A DNA stretch of 62,986 nt, filler included, from Octopus bimaculoides (Eukaryota), in the NCBI RefSeq assembly GCF_001194135.2. It is 5 parts of 5 records of this genome, joined end to end, with 100 filler letters (N's around TTAATTAATTAA, not from the genome) between each part and the next. Parts side by side here need not be neighbours in the genome. Positions count along the whole stretch, not along the records: positions 21,837 to 39,070 come from NC_068996.1; 4 more parts are not named here. One strand, written 5' to 3'. Made by a program: the position numbers and the translations under genes. Under the pieces are notes generated by a model. It was not told the DNA's origin, did not search any database, and saw only the letters and a list, made by a program, of their open reading frames with translations. Of the stretch, positions 23,337 through 37,082 are shown one piece after another (the first letter of the stretch is position 1; the number at the start of each line of letters is the position of its first letter).

Positions 23337-24239
23337 GCGTGTGCGTGTGCGTGTGCGTGCTGCGAACATGCAATATCTTCAACTTTCTCCTTCAGTCTAA
23401 GTCTCGGTCAGTCTAAGTCTTCGGGATTACCCAGTCAAATGTTGAATTGCAAATTCAATCAGTCGTGTCTTCGAAACAGTCCACGCCCCGGAGATGTTTT
23501 ATCTTTTTGGTTTTATTTGGTCCTTTTTCCGTTATCCAATCTATTTTCACCTTTGGTGAGAAGTAAAACGGATCGGCCTAAATAAACTACAGACACTTAT
23601 GTATAGAAAACTAAATAAACCAAGAGAGTGTTCATAAAATATTTGGATATACCATGTCAAGCGTAAGCAAAAGATTCATTATTAGTTAAACGGTGTGAAT
23701 TATATATCTAAATTGCATTGACAGCTTTTCAGAAAAGCCAAGCTCTTAGAGACTGGTAAAATAAGTCGAAATAAAATGAAAGGAAGTAAAGTAAATAATC
23801 AATCACCTTTACCATGTGTGTTGACATCATAGATCCAACTTGAATGATATTGAGTTCAAGCGGTTTGAATTCGTTTACAACATTCGTAGACGATTTTCAT
23901 AGATATGCCTAAAAGTACCTGTAAACATATTTTCGTGGGTGTGTGGTTTCTTGTGAGTATCTACATAATTACACACAAACATACACAGACACGCATATAC
24001 ATACATATATATGCGTGAGTGTGCATATATGCCTATACATGTATATATATAACGGCGTATATACACATATTGTATATATATATATATATATGCATGTACA
24101 TGTATATATATATATATATATGTATAGGTATACATACATGCATATTTATGTACATATTTGTAAATATGCACACATGAATATATACGTGTATATATAATGT
24201 TTATATTTATATCCTTGTAAAGCCAACACATACAAGTTT

Positions 24240-25058
24240 ATATTTTTACGTTGTATTTCAATATTTTGATGTTAGGATCCCATCTTCAGGAAATCTTCAG
24301 AGAAATGACGTTGTAAGCTGACTTCTCTCTTCTCGTATGTGTGTAAATAAAGAGTTTCTTTGCGTGCCCATGAAAGTGTTGCTTTAATATTCAAGCAACT
24401 GAGTGTAGTTCGGTTTTGCTCTCAATATCTAAGTTGCTCTTGCTAATTAAGACGGCTTCCTTTATACATAAGCCCCCAATATTTCGTTCTGTAGATTTAA
24501 TGGAAAGTTGAATGTCTTGAGTGTTTTATTTCTGCTGGTTTATTATTGAAGAAAGAAGCATTAACGTACAGGTGTTCTTTAAACTATATAATTGACTGAT
24601 GGTACTCCGATGTAGAATTTAATAGATTTGCTATACATGGTTTTCTACAGCATGTAGGCCGCAGATATATAGTTTCACCGTTGATCGGGCAATTGGGCAT
24701 CAGTTGTTTTTTCGTTAAAATGTGACAATTTTAATAACATCTTATCCCTAGATAGATGGGTTTTGTTAAGTGGTCTGGTAATGCCTAGCTTTTGGTGAAA
24801 GAGTTTGGATAGCCATTCCCTACCAGAACTGTATGGTGTTAGTCTTTTTCTTTCCTGCCTCGCTGCATTTACCACGTATCTTGGAAATCTTGTTTTTCAT
24901 GAAGGCAATCTTAGCTCTGATGGGTAGGGATGAATTATAATGGACAAATAGGCCCTTGCATGCTGCTTTTCTATAAAAGTTAGTGGAAATAGATGTTCTC
25001 TGTGATTTTGTGTTCAAAATGAAGCAGGGATAAGGAACCGGTGTTATCGGAGTTCCTC
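24240..25058 (-). pseudogene. Penelope-like element 3' portion (post-RT thumb plus GIY-YIG)
   Basis: NTGSLSLLHF, ISTNFYRK..KGLFVHYNSSLP, TIY..KFYIG, FKEH, LCIKEAVLI; frameshifted. Confidence 0.82.
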
Positions 25059-25345
25059 CTCACACAACTTTATCAGCTCCAGACATCCATAAACTGCGAA
25101 CAATTATAAAACTCAATCTCTTATTCTTGTTCGAGGGGTCCACTTACAAACAAATCTCTGGACTGCGAATGGGATCAAGCTTGTCAGGCCTACTGGCCAT
25201 CAAATTCATGAGCTGAATAGAATGTACTCATGCACCGTTATCGCCATGTATATGGATGATATCATCATATTAACATTATTTTACGAGGCGTTAATAGACA
25301 ATATGTTCAATAATATCGATGAAAATATAAAATCTGAAGAGGAGC
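25059..25345 (+). pseudogene. Inverted RT segment of the same Penelope-like element
   Basis: FLFEGSTYKQISGLRMGSSLSGLLAIKFM, then MYMDDIIILT...MFNNIDENIKSEEE (PLE RT motifs 4-6). Confidence 0.82.
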
Positions 25346-25562
25346 GTATTGTACAAACATATAGGGAAGGTGCAAGTAGTATACATCGATTGACTTATAC
25401 TAATAGGTACGTACAATGAATACTTAGATCGGTTTACTACTAGAACTCTAGCTTGAAGAGCAAGTGGGAACTAGGTATTGAAATGGTCAATCCAAGGTGG
25501 CTAGAAGGGGTACCTGATTCAACGAGCATAAATAGATAACAAAATAGAAAACGGAGAACCTG

Positions 25563-25713
25563 AGCATTTGGCTTCTTCGAGAATAATACTTTATAATAAA
25601 GAGGATAAATAAACCATAATGTATAAATAAAGCATAAACTTTTCTCTGCTTTGATTATACTTTATTTGTACTCTTTATAATGAAGTAAATATCCTCGAGA
25701 AACGTCAAATGCT
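25563..25713. repeat. Inverted repeat (arms 25563-25620 and 25654-25713), PLE-terminus-like
   Basis: agcatttggcttcttcgagaataatacttt... vs ...tgaagtaaatatcctcgagaaacgtcaaatgct; contains the gaaacgtc motif. Confidence 0.75.
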
Positions 25714-25948
25714 TTGTCCGTCTATCATTTTTTTACTTATTTGTACAAACATATATGTACTCTCGAACCATCGACAGGTATTATCTATTATAACTTGCAT
25801 TGTTTTGGCTTTATGAAAACAAAAACAGGGGACAATGCTTCATTCAAACTATGCTATTTATATATGAGGGGTGTATACACACATATAAAATCCCTTACAT
25901 AAATAACATACACACATACATACATACATACATACATACATACGTACA

Positions 25949-25979
<31 letters not shown>

Positions 25980-26389
25980 GTATATATGCATGCAGAATGT
26001 GTGTGGGGGTGGGAGTGGGTGCATAAGACTGAGAAAGGTAACACCGCTGTATTAGAAACAATTTTTGCAAGAAAGTTATACGTACAGCATATGTTATTGG
26101 TTATATTACAGTTTACAAGAAAAAACGATGCACAGCATGGACGGCCGTGCTCAGATGTGGTCTTTTCTTCAGTTGACATTATGTACTAATTATGTATTAC
26201 ACCTGCAAAGTTACAGATGAGTGCAAGCCTTAAAGACAATATATATATATATATATGTATGTATATATGTATATATATATATATTTGCAAAATAACATAG
26301 TCTGCCATAGACACCTGTGCTTTGGTTCTTTCTTTCTTTTTCTTTCTTTTTTTGTCACTTTTGCTATGAATTAAATTAAGGAATTCAAC

Positions 26390-26790
26390 GGGATACATCG
26401 TCTGCAAGTAGTTGGGTCCAGCATATTATCCTCCATTTTCTAATTGTGGCTGTGGTCATGATGGCGCACCACTGTGACTTTCCGTCTTTATGCTGTGCTC
26501 TCTTCACGTGCCTTGCCTGGCTCTTCTCACCCACCTGATATAGTCCAATCAAGAGTTTTGATGGCACAAATGGTTTATAAGAGAATTTGACATCGCTGCC
26601 CTAAACTGTGTCTCATTTCGAGCCATTGGTTCGTCTGGTATCTTGGAGAGGAAAGCGTCGAGTTTTGTCTTGAAGACCTCTACATCCATGTCTTGCAGGT
26701 CTTTCAAATGTTTTGGCAGGGCATTAAAGAGCTGAGGTCCTCTGAAACCGAGGCTGTTGCAGAACCTTGTTCTTATGTGAGATGCAGTGG
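26390..26790 (-). mobile_element. CR1-clade LINE 3' fragment
   Basis: NSLGFRGPQLFNALPKHLKDLQDMDVEVFKTKLDAFLSKIPDEP matches the CR1 ORF2 C-terminus. Confidence 0.85.
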
Positions 26791-27150
26791 ATATATATAT
26801 ACAAAATGAACGGAAAAAATACATAACTAAATGTGCAGGATATATACAAAATGTATCCTTGCTGTTAAATATCATAACAGTAAGGTAACTGCAAGAAGAT
26901 TGAATGAAGTGGGAACTAAATAACTCAGCATATCAACACCCAAATTTCAGACGGAAAAAATAAGTAAGAACGTATTGAAAACCAAAACCTACGCAAATGT
27001 AATAAGATGTGGGCCACAGTGCAATGAAGAATATTGTTTTAGGAGCCGAAATTGTTTTGAGTTTTTATAGACAACTGATTAAAGGATCAGGGTTCTGCAC
27101 GTTAGTGCGTCCTATCTCTTTCTTGCAACTTGTAGGTGTATTATATGAGC

Positions 27151-27310
27151 AAAGCCGCAGCTGTGTGGTTAAGCAGTTTGCTCCGCAACAATGTGGCCCT
27201 TGGTTTAGTTCCACTGCAATGTACCTTGGGCAAGTGTCTTCTGCTACAGGCCCGAGATGATCAATGCCTTGTGAGTGGCTTTCTTAGACGGAAACTGAAA
27301 CAAGCCCATC
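27151..27310 (+). mobile_element. SINE family A head
   Basis: gctgtgtggttaagcagtttgct...taccttgggcaagtgtcttct...gacggaaactgaaa. Confidence 0.8.
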
Positions 27311-28306
27311 ATTTAAATACACGCATACATGCATACATGCGTACATGCAAAAAAAGACATATACATTTAATACCTATATATCTGTGTGTGTGTATATATA
27401 TANNNNNNNNNNNNNNNNNNNNNNNNNNNNNNNNNNNNNNNNNNNNNNNNNNNNNNNNNNNNNNNNNNNNNNNNNNNNNNNNNNNNNNNNNNNNNNNNNN
27501 NNNNNNNNNNNNNNNNNNNNNNNNNNNNNNNNNNNNNNNNNNNNNNNNNNNNNNNNNNNNNNNNNNNNNNNNNNNNNNNNNNNNNNNNNNNNNNNNNNNN
27601 NNNNNNNNNNNNNNNNNNNNNNNNNNNNNNNNNNNNNNNNNNNNNNNNNNNNNNNNNNNNNNNNNNNNNNNNNNNNNNNNNNNNNNNNNNNNNNNNNNNN
27701 NNNNNNNNNNNNNNNNNNNNNNNNNNNNNNNNNNNNNNNNNNNNNNNNNNNNNNNNNNNNNNNNNNNNNNNNNNNNNNNNNNNNNNNNNNNNNNNNNNNN
27801 NNNNNNNNNNNNNNNNNNNNNNNNNNNNNNNNNNNNNNNNNNNNNNNNNNNNNNNNNNNNNNNNNNNNNNNNNNNNNNNNNNNNNNNNNNNNNNNNNNNN
27901 NNNNNNNNNNNNNNNNNNNNNNNNNNNNNNNNNNNNNNNNNNNNNNNNNNNNNNNNNNNNNNNNNNNNNNNNNNNNNNNNNNNNNNNNNNNNNNNNNNNN
28001 NNNNNNNNNNNNNNNNNNNNNNNNNNNNNNNNNNNNNNNNNNNNNNNNNNNNNNNNNNNNNNNNNNNNNNNNNNNNNNNNNNNNNNNNNNNNNNNNNNNN
28101 NNNNNNNNNNNNNNNNNNNNNNNNNNNNNNNNNNNNNNNNNNNNNNNNNNNNNNNNNNNNNNNNNNNNNNNNNNNNNNNNNNNNNNNNNNNNNNNNNNNN
28201 NNNNNNNNNNNNNNNNNNNNNNNNNNNNNNNNNNNNNNNNNNNNNNNNNNNNNNNNNNNNNNNNNNNNNNNNNNNNNNNAAAATCAATTCTGAAATCATA
28301 ATACAA

Positions 28307-28452
<146 letters not shown>

Positions 28453-31400
28453 AATTTCTCAAAATTAATCTCCCCCCCCACGCCAGGAAATGATGATACC
28501 TGCGACCTCTGAACCTTACTCAAGGAACCAGGCAACTGGTTAACCCTGTGCGCTTATAACACGGCCCTGGATACCAACCATGGAAATACCCCCTAGAACC
28601 CGTGTCGTTCGAACAACACGTTCATCAGTGACTTTAGGCTCTTACACTGAGCTCGAAAAGTCTCTAAATCAGGACCAACCTGCTCAAGAACGTGTAGCAA
28701 ATCAAACCTGGGATATTCCCGAAACTGACGCTCAGGATCAACTACCAAACCTACCTCAAAGAAATAGAAATACAAGACAGAAGTGGTCTAAGGAGGAATA
28801 TTAATATTCAACACTGAACCCAGAAACATCAACCGCACAAAAAGAGACCTACTAATCTGGAGATGCAAAAACCCGCATAGCAGGCTGTACATGGACATAA
28901 ACTAGGAGATTGAGACGTGATATCCTAAGAAATAAAAGACAGACAGCGAAATTGACAAAATATTCGGATCAGTCAAAAGTCAGCTCAGTATAACACACAC
29001 TTATAACCGCAGGCAAAAAGCCCTGAAATCACTAACTGAAACCAGCAAACTGAGTACACAGAACCCTATGAAGGTGGATCATCAGTTGAGACTAAGAACA
29101 CTATAAATAATCACGTCAGCAAGGAACTGTTAGATGGAATACTAGAACATTATCTAATACAACTACATCAACCTTTCCACGAAAGAGCCCCACTTCCCAA
29201 AATCATTAATATTAATAAGAACAAACAAGTAATCAAAGAAGTTGGTCAAGCTCTTGGAAAGCTGATACGACAACTCTTTGAGAATAGTAGAGAAAATACC
29301 CTCGTAGTGATTGATCAATTCATTTACTTAGCTGCTTATATTGCAACTCAGGAATGCAGTATCGAAATTAGAGAAAGAAAAAAAAAAGAGCAATGTACAA
29401 AAACAGCCTGCATGGATGGAAAGAATAAACCGGCAAATAATCCAACTAAGAGCAGATATATTTTTTCTACTTGAAGCAAGCAAAGGGAAAACTAATAAAC
29501 CCAACAAACTAATAAGAATAATTGCTAAGCATGACTTTTATAAAAAAAAAAAACAAAGGATAGACAGATTGAAATCTTCAAACAAGAACGATAATTAAAA
29601 ACCAAACGACGGGCAGGATACAAAAAACGCTCAGCATTCCATAGACAAAACATATTATTCAAGGAGAACAGAAAAAATTCTGCGGCGAACTAGGGGAAAA
29701 AGACCATTATTGTGAAAATACCCGCTCCGTAACAGTAAACTGAAGATTTTTGGAAAAACATTTAGAGAAATCCAAAGGAGTTTAATCAGAATGCACATTG
29801 GGTCAGGGACATAAAAGAGACTAATGCCCACCTCAAATATCAAGAATGGCAGGATATAACAACCGAAGAAGTGAAAGCGGCGCTCGTCAAGTCAAAGAAA
29901 TGGAAATCCCCAGATAGAGATATGATGCCAAATTTTTGGAATGAGGACTCACCACAACTTAGCTGTAGCACGCAATGAAGTAATGTCTGTCCAACCCTGC
30001 GAAAGCCCCAAAGTAGCTTACAGAAGAGATAACATATCTCTTACCAAAAACACAAGAAACTATTAAATCACCAAAATACTGACCCATAACACGCCTCACC
30101 ACCATATATAAACTATTAACATCTATAATCGCGAATAGAGCATATGAATTCTTGGACAATAGGAAGTTATTCCCAGTGGAACGAAAGGGATACAAAAGGA
30201 GTTCATATGGATGTAAGGACCAATTACTGATTGATAAAATTGTCATTGAAATTTGCAAATCCAAACGCAGAAACCTCAGCACCGTTTGGATAGATTACAA
30301 GAAGGCTTTTGATAGTGTCCCTCATTCATGGATCAACAAGGCCCAAGAAATTTACAATATAGCTCCAATACTTGTGAACGTTCTAAAAGTAATCATGAAT
30401 TCGTGAAGACCCACCCTTATTTTAAACCATACACATGGATATACCATCTCATCAGACATCAATATCGCCTGTGGTATCTTTCAAAGTGACTCATTATCAC
30501 CATTACTATTCTGCCTCGCTCTGTTCCCATTATCCACGTAACTGAATAATACTAAGAGAAGGTATAAAATCTTTGACCAGAAAATTAAGCATCTACTCTA
30601 AATGAATTATCTAAAATTGTTTACCAAAAACGACAAAGAATTAGAAGAGCTCTTGTATACTGTCAAAGAATTCAGCTCTGATATAGGTATGGAATTCGGA
30701 CTTGGTAAATGTACAAACGCTACTTTCAAGATAGGGAAGTTCATAAAAGCAGAAAACATAGAACTTGATACTACTGCAGCTATTCGAAACCTAGACCAAT
30801 CCAAAATATACAAATATTTGGGAACCAATGAATGTGATGGTATCCAGCACTCTAAAATGAAAGAGAAAATCCGCTAGGAATACCACCGAAGGGTAAGAAT
30901 GGTCCTAAACTTAGAATTAAATGCTGTTAACAGAATTAATGCGATCAATTCTTTGGCCATACCAGTAATCACATATAGCTTCGATATCTCACTAACAGGT
31001 AGAGTATGGATGGAAAGATCCGTAGAATCCTTACAAAGTGCCGAATGCACCATCTAAAATCAGATGTGGACAGAATTTATATCCCAAGAAAAATAGGTTG
31101 AAGCGGCCTGGTACAGCTCGAACACTCCTTTAAATCAGCAATAATAGACCTTGAAACGTATCTTAATACAACAAGTGATGTGCTCTTACGAACTGCACTG
31201 AAGTATGAAGATTCCAAGCAAGCTTCAGTCATGAAGCTTTGTCAGAAATTTAAAAAGTCTCTTGGCCTACAAGTTAACAATAAGAATGACCAAGAACTGA
31301 CAAACCTACCATTGCTTCTCCTGATTTAGAAATTGACATTCAGAAAGACCAACGCGGTCGAAATAGTGACAAATCTATCGTTGATGCAAAAAAACATCAA

Positions 31401-32305
31401 AGAAAAAGTAAAGAAGGCGTGCATGAATAATATCGAAGACAACCGGAAAGGCAAACTCCTACATGGAAAATAACCTAACCGCCTGTCCAAGCCAGATATT
31501 GATCAAAATCTAACACACCAATGGCTACAAGTGACACGTCTGAAAGGGGAAAGAGAAGGATTTTGTTATTGCAGCGCAAAATTAGAGCTTACCTACTAGA
31601 AACTACCATGGAAACGTCCTTAAAGACGGATCTGACGCTACGTGCAGAATTTGCGGAAAATTCACAGAGACAATTGATCATGTTGTTTCTGGCTGCCCAG
31701 TATTTGCTGAAAAGGAGTACCTCATTGGACATGACAGACTAGGGCTGTACATCCACTGGAATGCTTGTAAATATTACAAAATTAAATCCCATGATAAGTG
31801 GTACAGGCACCATCCAGAGAATGTAGCAAATGGCGAGGGCGTCAACATCCTTTGGAACTTCCCAATAAAAACAAACAGAAAAATTGACTCCAATCGACCA
31901 GACATTGTGATCAAGGACAACAACAGGGGAACTTGTCTGTTAATAGATATGTCTGTCCCACAAGATCAAATCTCAAGAAAAGAATGCGAAAAATTTTCTC
32001 ACTTTAAAGATCTGCAAATTGAAATCCCAAAAAGGAGGAAGCTCAGTACTACGATAATAAAGTGAAGGGAGCTGAGAAGTACATTAAGCAACTCCCTGGT
32101 AACTCCATTCTCTGTGAACTACAAAAGATAACCTTGATGGGTACGGCCCATATATTACGGAAAGCACTCTCCATCTAAAATGGAATAATGTGGTGATAAT
32201 TTTAGCATGCATAGCAAAACAAAAGTGCCCTTGCTACTCTTGGCCTCCGGAGGATAGCCGGTACTAAGGCAGCTGAAATAAAGTTATAATGAGAAGAGAC
32301 CATAA

Positions 32306-32343
<38 letters not shown>
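28453..32343 (+). mobile_element. Near full-length, pseudogenised R4/Dong-clade non-LTR retrotransposon
   Basis: N-terminal RQKWSKEEY; RT GCKDQLLID, VWIDYKKAFDSVPH, GIFQSDSLSPLLF, decayed YMDD; CRICGKFTETIDHVVSGC zinc knuckle; NRPDIV..LLIDMSVP restriction-like endonuclease; 3' UTR then (GAT)n. Many stops and frameshifts. Confidence 0.92.
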
Positions 32344-32399
32344 AAACGAAAATACAAAATTTGCCACTTTTATGAAAGGAGATACATTCTGCCACATAT

Positions 32400-33640
32400 G
32401 TTGAAGGAAATTACGTAAGAGCTTCTGGGCAAACAACATTCTTTGTTTTCTGGTTTGGAGCATATACAAATAAGCCCTGGAGCAACCAACAGTAAGGTGA
32501 CCATGAGAAAAGCAAGCCAGTAGATTTCAAAACTGACCTTGAGCTTTATTAATAGACATTGTAAAGCAAAGTCGCACTGGGAATTGTGTTCGTTTGAACT
32601 CAAATGGCATGTCTGTTGGTTTGATTGGAATTCTTGGAATGAAAACCTCTTCCCCAGAGGCACATCCATTGATAATGGTAGCTTCCGTCACGTTAGCTGG
32701 TAGTGTTTTCACCATCGACCTTGTCCGATTGCATAATTTAGGAGAATCTAAAATTCTTAGAAGCATTATTGAGATTCCTACCTTCAGAAAAGTTTATGTG
32801 GAGGAGATCCAGGTGGCTTAAGAGAATTAAGGAACTCTGTTGGGTGATTGACAGCTTTATTTTCATCAAGAATTGAATTAACTGATTTGTACTTCTTAAT
32901 GACTGTTGGAATCTTATTCATTAATTCATGGTAAATCCTTGCTACTGCCTCATTTTTTTGGAACAAGAACTGCCCTTTCACACAACCATTTATGTGAATT
33001 ATTATTATTACTTAAGTCTGGAAATATCCTGCTCTTCAATCCAGTTGGGAAATTAACCATGATAGCAATATGAACCAAACTGATATTACCATTCCCATCA
33101 AATGGTACTTTTCCATTTCCTAATTGGAAGAGCCAGATTGAAAACTGTTTTGCACATTGGTCCCCATGTAATAAAGCTCACACATTAGTATTGAAGGAGA
33201 ATTTATTCCATAGGTGTGAAGACTTAATGCATGCTTTTATTTCATCAGTTCTTGTTCGTCTTGGAATGACTGGTAATATTTGCTTGAAGTATCCTGATAA
33301 AACTAACGTAACTTCTTCCATAGATTTATTGTTGCCTCTGATGTCCTGTAAGGTCTTTCCAAAAGCTTCCATTGCATCTCTATGTGACATGGTGCATTCA
33401 TCTCAAATGAGAAGGTGGCATTGGCACAACACTTCTATTGAACTTGTCATTGGTAACCAGTTTTAGTGATAATTTAACAGCAGAATGGGCTGTTTGTCCT
33501 CCTGGAAGAATGGTGGCAGCAATAGTACAGCAATTGCAATTCTTTATTCTTGCCTTACTTTGGAGAGAAGCAATGCTACAAATGTTTTACCTGTGCCACC
33601 AGGAGCATCAAGGAAGAAAATTCCTCTGCTTTTTTCTGGC
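32400..33640 (-). pseudogene. Helitron PIF1-like helicase remnant
   Basis: FLDAPGGTGKTF (Walker A), LSGYFKQILPVIP, PTEFLNSL.PPG.PPH, FKRTQFPVRLCFTMSINKAQGQ, CFSHG; frameshifted; termini not found. Confidence 0.92.
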
Positions 33641-33659
33641 GATTGTGGAACGCCGCACG

Positions 33660-33699
<40 letters not shown>

Positions 33700-33870
33700 C
33701 AAACATCAGATGAAATGGACGTGTGTGTGTGTGTACGAGAAAGAGAAAGAGAGAGAGAGAGAGTGAAATGGTGTGTTGTCATGTATACGTACATACATAA
33801 ATAAGCATACATCCTTTTTTGTACGTACGTATGCCTGTGTGTGTGAGAGAGAGAGAGTGCCACTTAGACA

Positions 33871-33904
<34 letters not shown>

Positions 33905-33984
33905 ACACACACGTACACATACATACATACAAAAAGATGCGTGAAAAGCGAGCAAACACACATACACACACACAAGTCTATTTT

Positions 33985-34170
33985 ATTCTTCTTTTCTACT
34001 CTAGGGACAAGGCCCGAAATTTTGGGGTAGGGGGCTAGTCGATTATATCGACCGCAGTACACAACTGGAACTTAATTTATCGATCCCGAAAGGATGAAAG
34101 GCAAAGTCGACCTCGGCGGAATTTGAACTCAGAACGTAAAGACGGACGAAATACCGCTAAGCATTTCAAA
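33985..34170 (-). mobile_element. SINE family C (tRNA-derived, Nin-like domain)
   Basis: gaaaggatgaaaggcaaagtcgacctcggcggaatttgaac; reverse strand contains B-box-like gttcaaattcc. Confidence 0.8.
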
Positions 34171-34444
34171 AGAGTCACATGACGCATGTTATGTAAATTC
34201 AAAGTGCAATGCATACTCACTGTTTCCTCTCTTCGGGTACTTCTCTAACTGTCACTCAAATGTCCATCGTCGTGTATTGGATACCCATATATACCACTGG
34301 TTGCGTTTTCGCAACGCAAATCCTGCTCCAGTTTGTTTCGACATGAACTCACCGGAAAACATCTAACCGAGCATACGAAATGTTCAGTAGGGAGTCGACA
34401 CCCGTAATTAAGAGTTACATACTGTCCTTCTATTCCAGATTCTC

Positions 34445-34656
34445 TTTTTTCTTTTACTTGTTTCAGTCATTTGACTGCGGCCATGCTGGAGCACCGCCTT
34501 TAGTCGAGCAAATCGACCCCAGGACTTATTCTTTGTAAGCCTAGTACTTATTCTATCGGTCTCTTTTGCCGAACCGCTAAGTTACGGGGGACGTAAACAC
34601 ACCAGCATCAGTTGTCAAGCGATGTTGGGGGGACAAACACAAACACACAAACATAT

Positions 34657-34687
<31 letters not shown>

Positions 34688-34910
34688 CATACATTCGACG
34701 GGCTTCTTTCAGTTTCTGTCTACCAAATCCACTCACAAGGCTTTGGTCGGCCCGAGGCTATAGTAGAAGACACTTGCCCAAAGTGCTACGCAGTGGAACT
34801 GAACCCGGAACAATGTGGTTGGTAAGCAAGTTACTTTATTTCATTAGATTGGTCATTAAGGCCTTACAAAGAGGGGACAAACAAGCTACTTACCACACAG
34901 CCACTCGTAC
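34445..34910 (-). mobile_element. SINE family A, complete, low divergence, with 45-bp secondary insertion
   Basis: Full head-CORE-microsatellite-tail; insert 34837-34881 flanked by caagYtactt duplication. Confidence 0.9.
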
Positions 34911-35234
34911 GCCTATGAGAAAGCTTACCATAATGTTTAATCTAAATACAGTGAAATTTTAAGACTTCATTTATTTATGGACATATATGGATTAATAAAC
35001 TTTATTGATCGGTTATAACTTACTTCGATTTATCTATACACACCTTGTCTATGCTTCGGGCTAACCATCTCTCTGCCTACGGCTAGATTGGATCTAGCTA
35101 TCACTTTATTATGTGATGGTAGTCACTCGTAGCCGAGTAAGCCGGTTCTGCAATTTCTTTCTGAACAACCTGCACAAATCATTTGTTTAAAATGATCAAA
35201 TATTTATGTTGTATATTAGCTCTCTCTCTCTCTC

Positions 35235-35410
35235 CCCACCGCAGCAACCTGGCATCGCCTGAAGGGGTACATAGTGCACGGTGTACTATGAATCAGGTGT
35301 TGAAGCGGTTACAGAGCAACATCAGATGAAGTACTTTGCTCAAGAACACAATGCACTGTCTGGTACAAGGCGACGCTCTCGCTAGCAGCGACATGAACTC
35401 TAGGCCATGC
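35235..35410 (-). mobile_element. SINE family B, decayed
   Basis: gagcaacatcagatgaagtactttgctcaagaacacaatgc matches 41940-41980. Confidence 0.55.
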
Positions 35411-35527
35411 ACCCTCACACTTTATACTATATATATATAGTCATATATATATATAAATGACTTGCATGGGCATGATATTTCGTTATGCAACCATATACTA
35501 CAGAAGTATTTATAAGTCAATACCGTG

Positions 35528-35608
<81 letters not shown>

Positions 35609-35646
35609 GTTATATATCAGAGATTTTTTTGTTTTTTTTTTCTTTG

Positions 35647-35822
35647 CCAAATAAACACATACACTATATACTCGTCCTTCACTCGTTTCTTATTGTTCTT
35701 TTTTTTATCTTATGTCCATTGTCTGGAAATTTTTCATCATACATGTGTGTGCTCTTCAGCGACTCTTTCCATATACGGTATCATCCTGCTCCACTTACTC
35801 CATTCCGACTTAGAGAAAGGGC
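35647..35822. repeat. Dispersed repeat homologous to the 53.4-kb foldback
   Basis: ccaaataaacaca...atgtccattgtc.ggaaatt...ctccactta.tccatt shared with 53418-53575. Confidence 0.6.
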
Positions 35823-35865
35823 AAAGCGGAAACAGTATCTGTCTCAACAAACAGTTTCACATTAG

Positions 35866-35985
35866 TTTCCGTCTACCAAATCAGCTCACAAGGCTTTAGT
35901 TGTCACGAGGTTATAATAAAAGACACTTATCCAAGACGCAATGCAGTGAGGGTGAACCCGGAAACTTGTGCTTGGGAAGCCACGC
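35866..35985 (-). mobile_element. SINE family A head, decayed
   Basis: gtttccgtctaccaaatc...gacacttatccaag...gaacccggaa. Confidence 0.7.
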
Positions 35986-37082
35986 TTTTATATATATTTT
36001 CTAATTTTTACATTACCATTTTGCTCAATTAGCCATTGATTCCTGTGGTAAATTCTATAAATACTAACAAGTAAAATTTCAACTTCACCACCTGCCTTGA
36101 AGTAAGCGTTACTCATGAGCATTAATTTCAGGCAAAATCGGTGTGCCAATCTAATGCTTACACTTACGGTGGGTATGTTATCACCCTNNNNNNNNNNNNN
36201 NNNNNNNNNNNNNNNNNNNNNNNNNNNNNNNNNNNNNNNNNNNNNNNNNNNNNNNNNNNNNNNNNNNNNNNNNNNNNNNNNNNNNNNNNNNNNNNNNNNN
36301 NNNNNNNNNNNNNNNNNNNNNNNNNNNNNNNNNNNNNNNNNNNNNNNNNNNNNNNNNNNNNNNNNNNNNNNNNNNNNNNNNNNNNNNNNNNNNNNNNNNN
36401 NNNNNNNNNNNNNNNNNNNNNNNNNNNNNNNNNNNNNNNNNNNNNNNNNNNNNNNNNNNNNNNNNNNNNNNNNNNNNNNNNNNNNNNNNNNNNNNNNNNN
36501 NNNNNNNNNNNNNNNNNNNNNNNNNNNNNNNNNNNNNNNNNNNNNNNNNNNNNNNNNNNNNNNNNNNNNNNNNNNNNNNNNNNNNNNNNNNNNNNNNNNN
36601 NNNNNNNNNNNNNNNNNNNNNNNNNNNNNNNNNNNNNNNNNNNNNNNNNNNNNNNNNNNNNNNNNNNNNNNNNNNNNNNNNNNNNNNNNNNNNNNNNNNN
36701 NNNNNNNNNNNNNNNNNNNNNNNNNNNNNNNNNNNNNNNNNNNNNNNNNNNNNNNNNNNNNNNNNNNNNNNNNNNNNNNNNNNNNNNNNNNNNNNNNNNN
36801 NNNNNNNNNNNNNNNNNNNNNNNNNNNNNNNNNNNNNNNNNNNNNNNNNNNNNNNNNNNNNNNNNNTGTGTGTGTGTGTGTGTGTATGCATATGCATGCA
36901 CAAACATATGAATTTATATACAAGAAGTACAAAAAATAAACATCAACCCATTATATATTTTTTTAATCTTTTCTGTATTTGTCAGTAAGGCACGAAAGTG
37001 AAGGAACCAAGAGTTTCATGACATACGCTAAATTCTAGGCTTTGTGTCATTTCTATAACTTAAAGTACTAAAAGAAATTACT

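Noticed and set aside
28453-28580. Possible HDV-like ribozyme in the R4/Dong 5' UTR
   Set aside because: Small hairpins exist (ccag-gcaa-ctgg) but I could not build the nested double pseudoknot by eye; needs a descriptor search.
34190-34440. GC-richer segment with GTGAGT donor-like sites on the minus strand
   Set aside because: No frame stays open to a donor site and no recognisable protein similarity.
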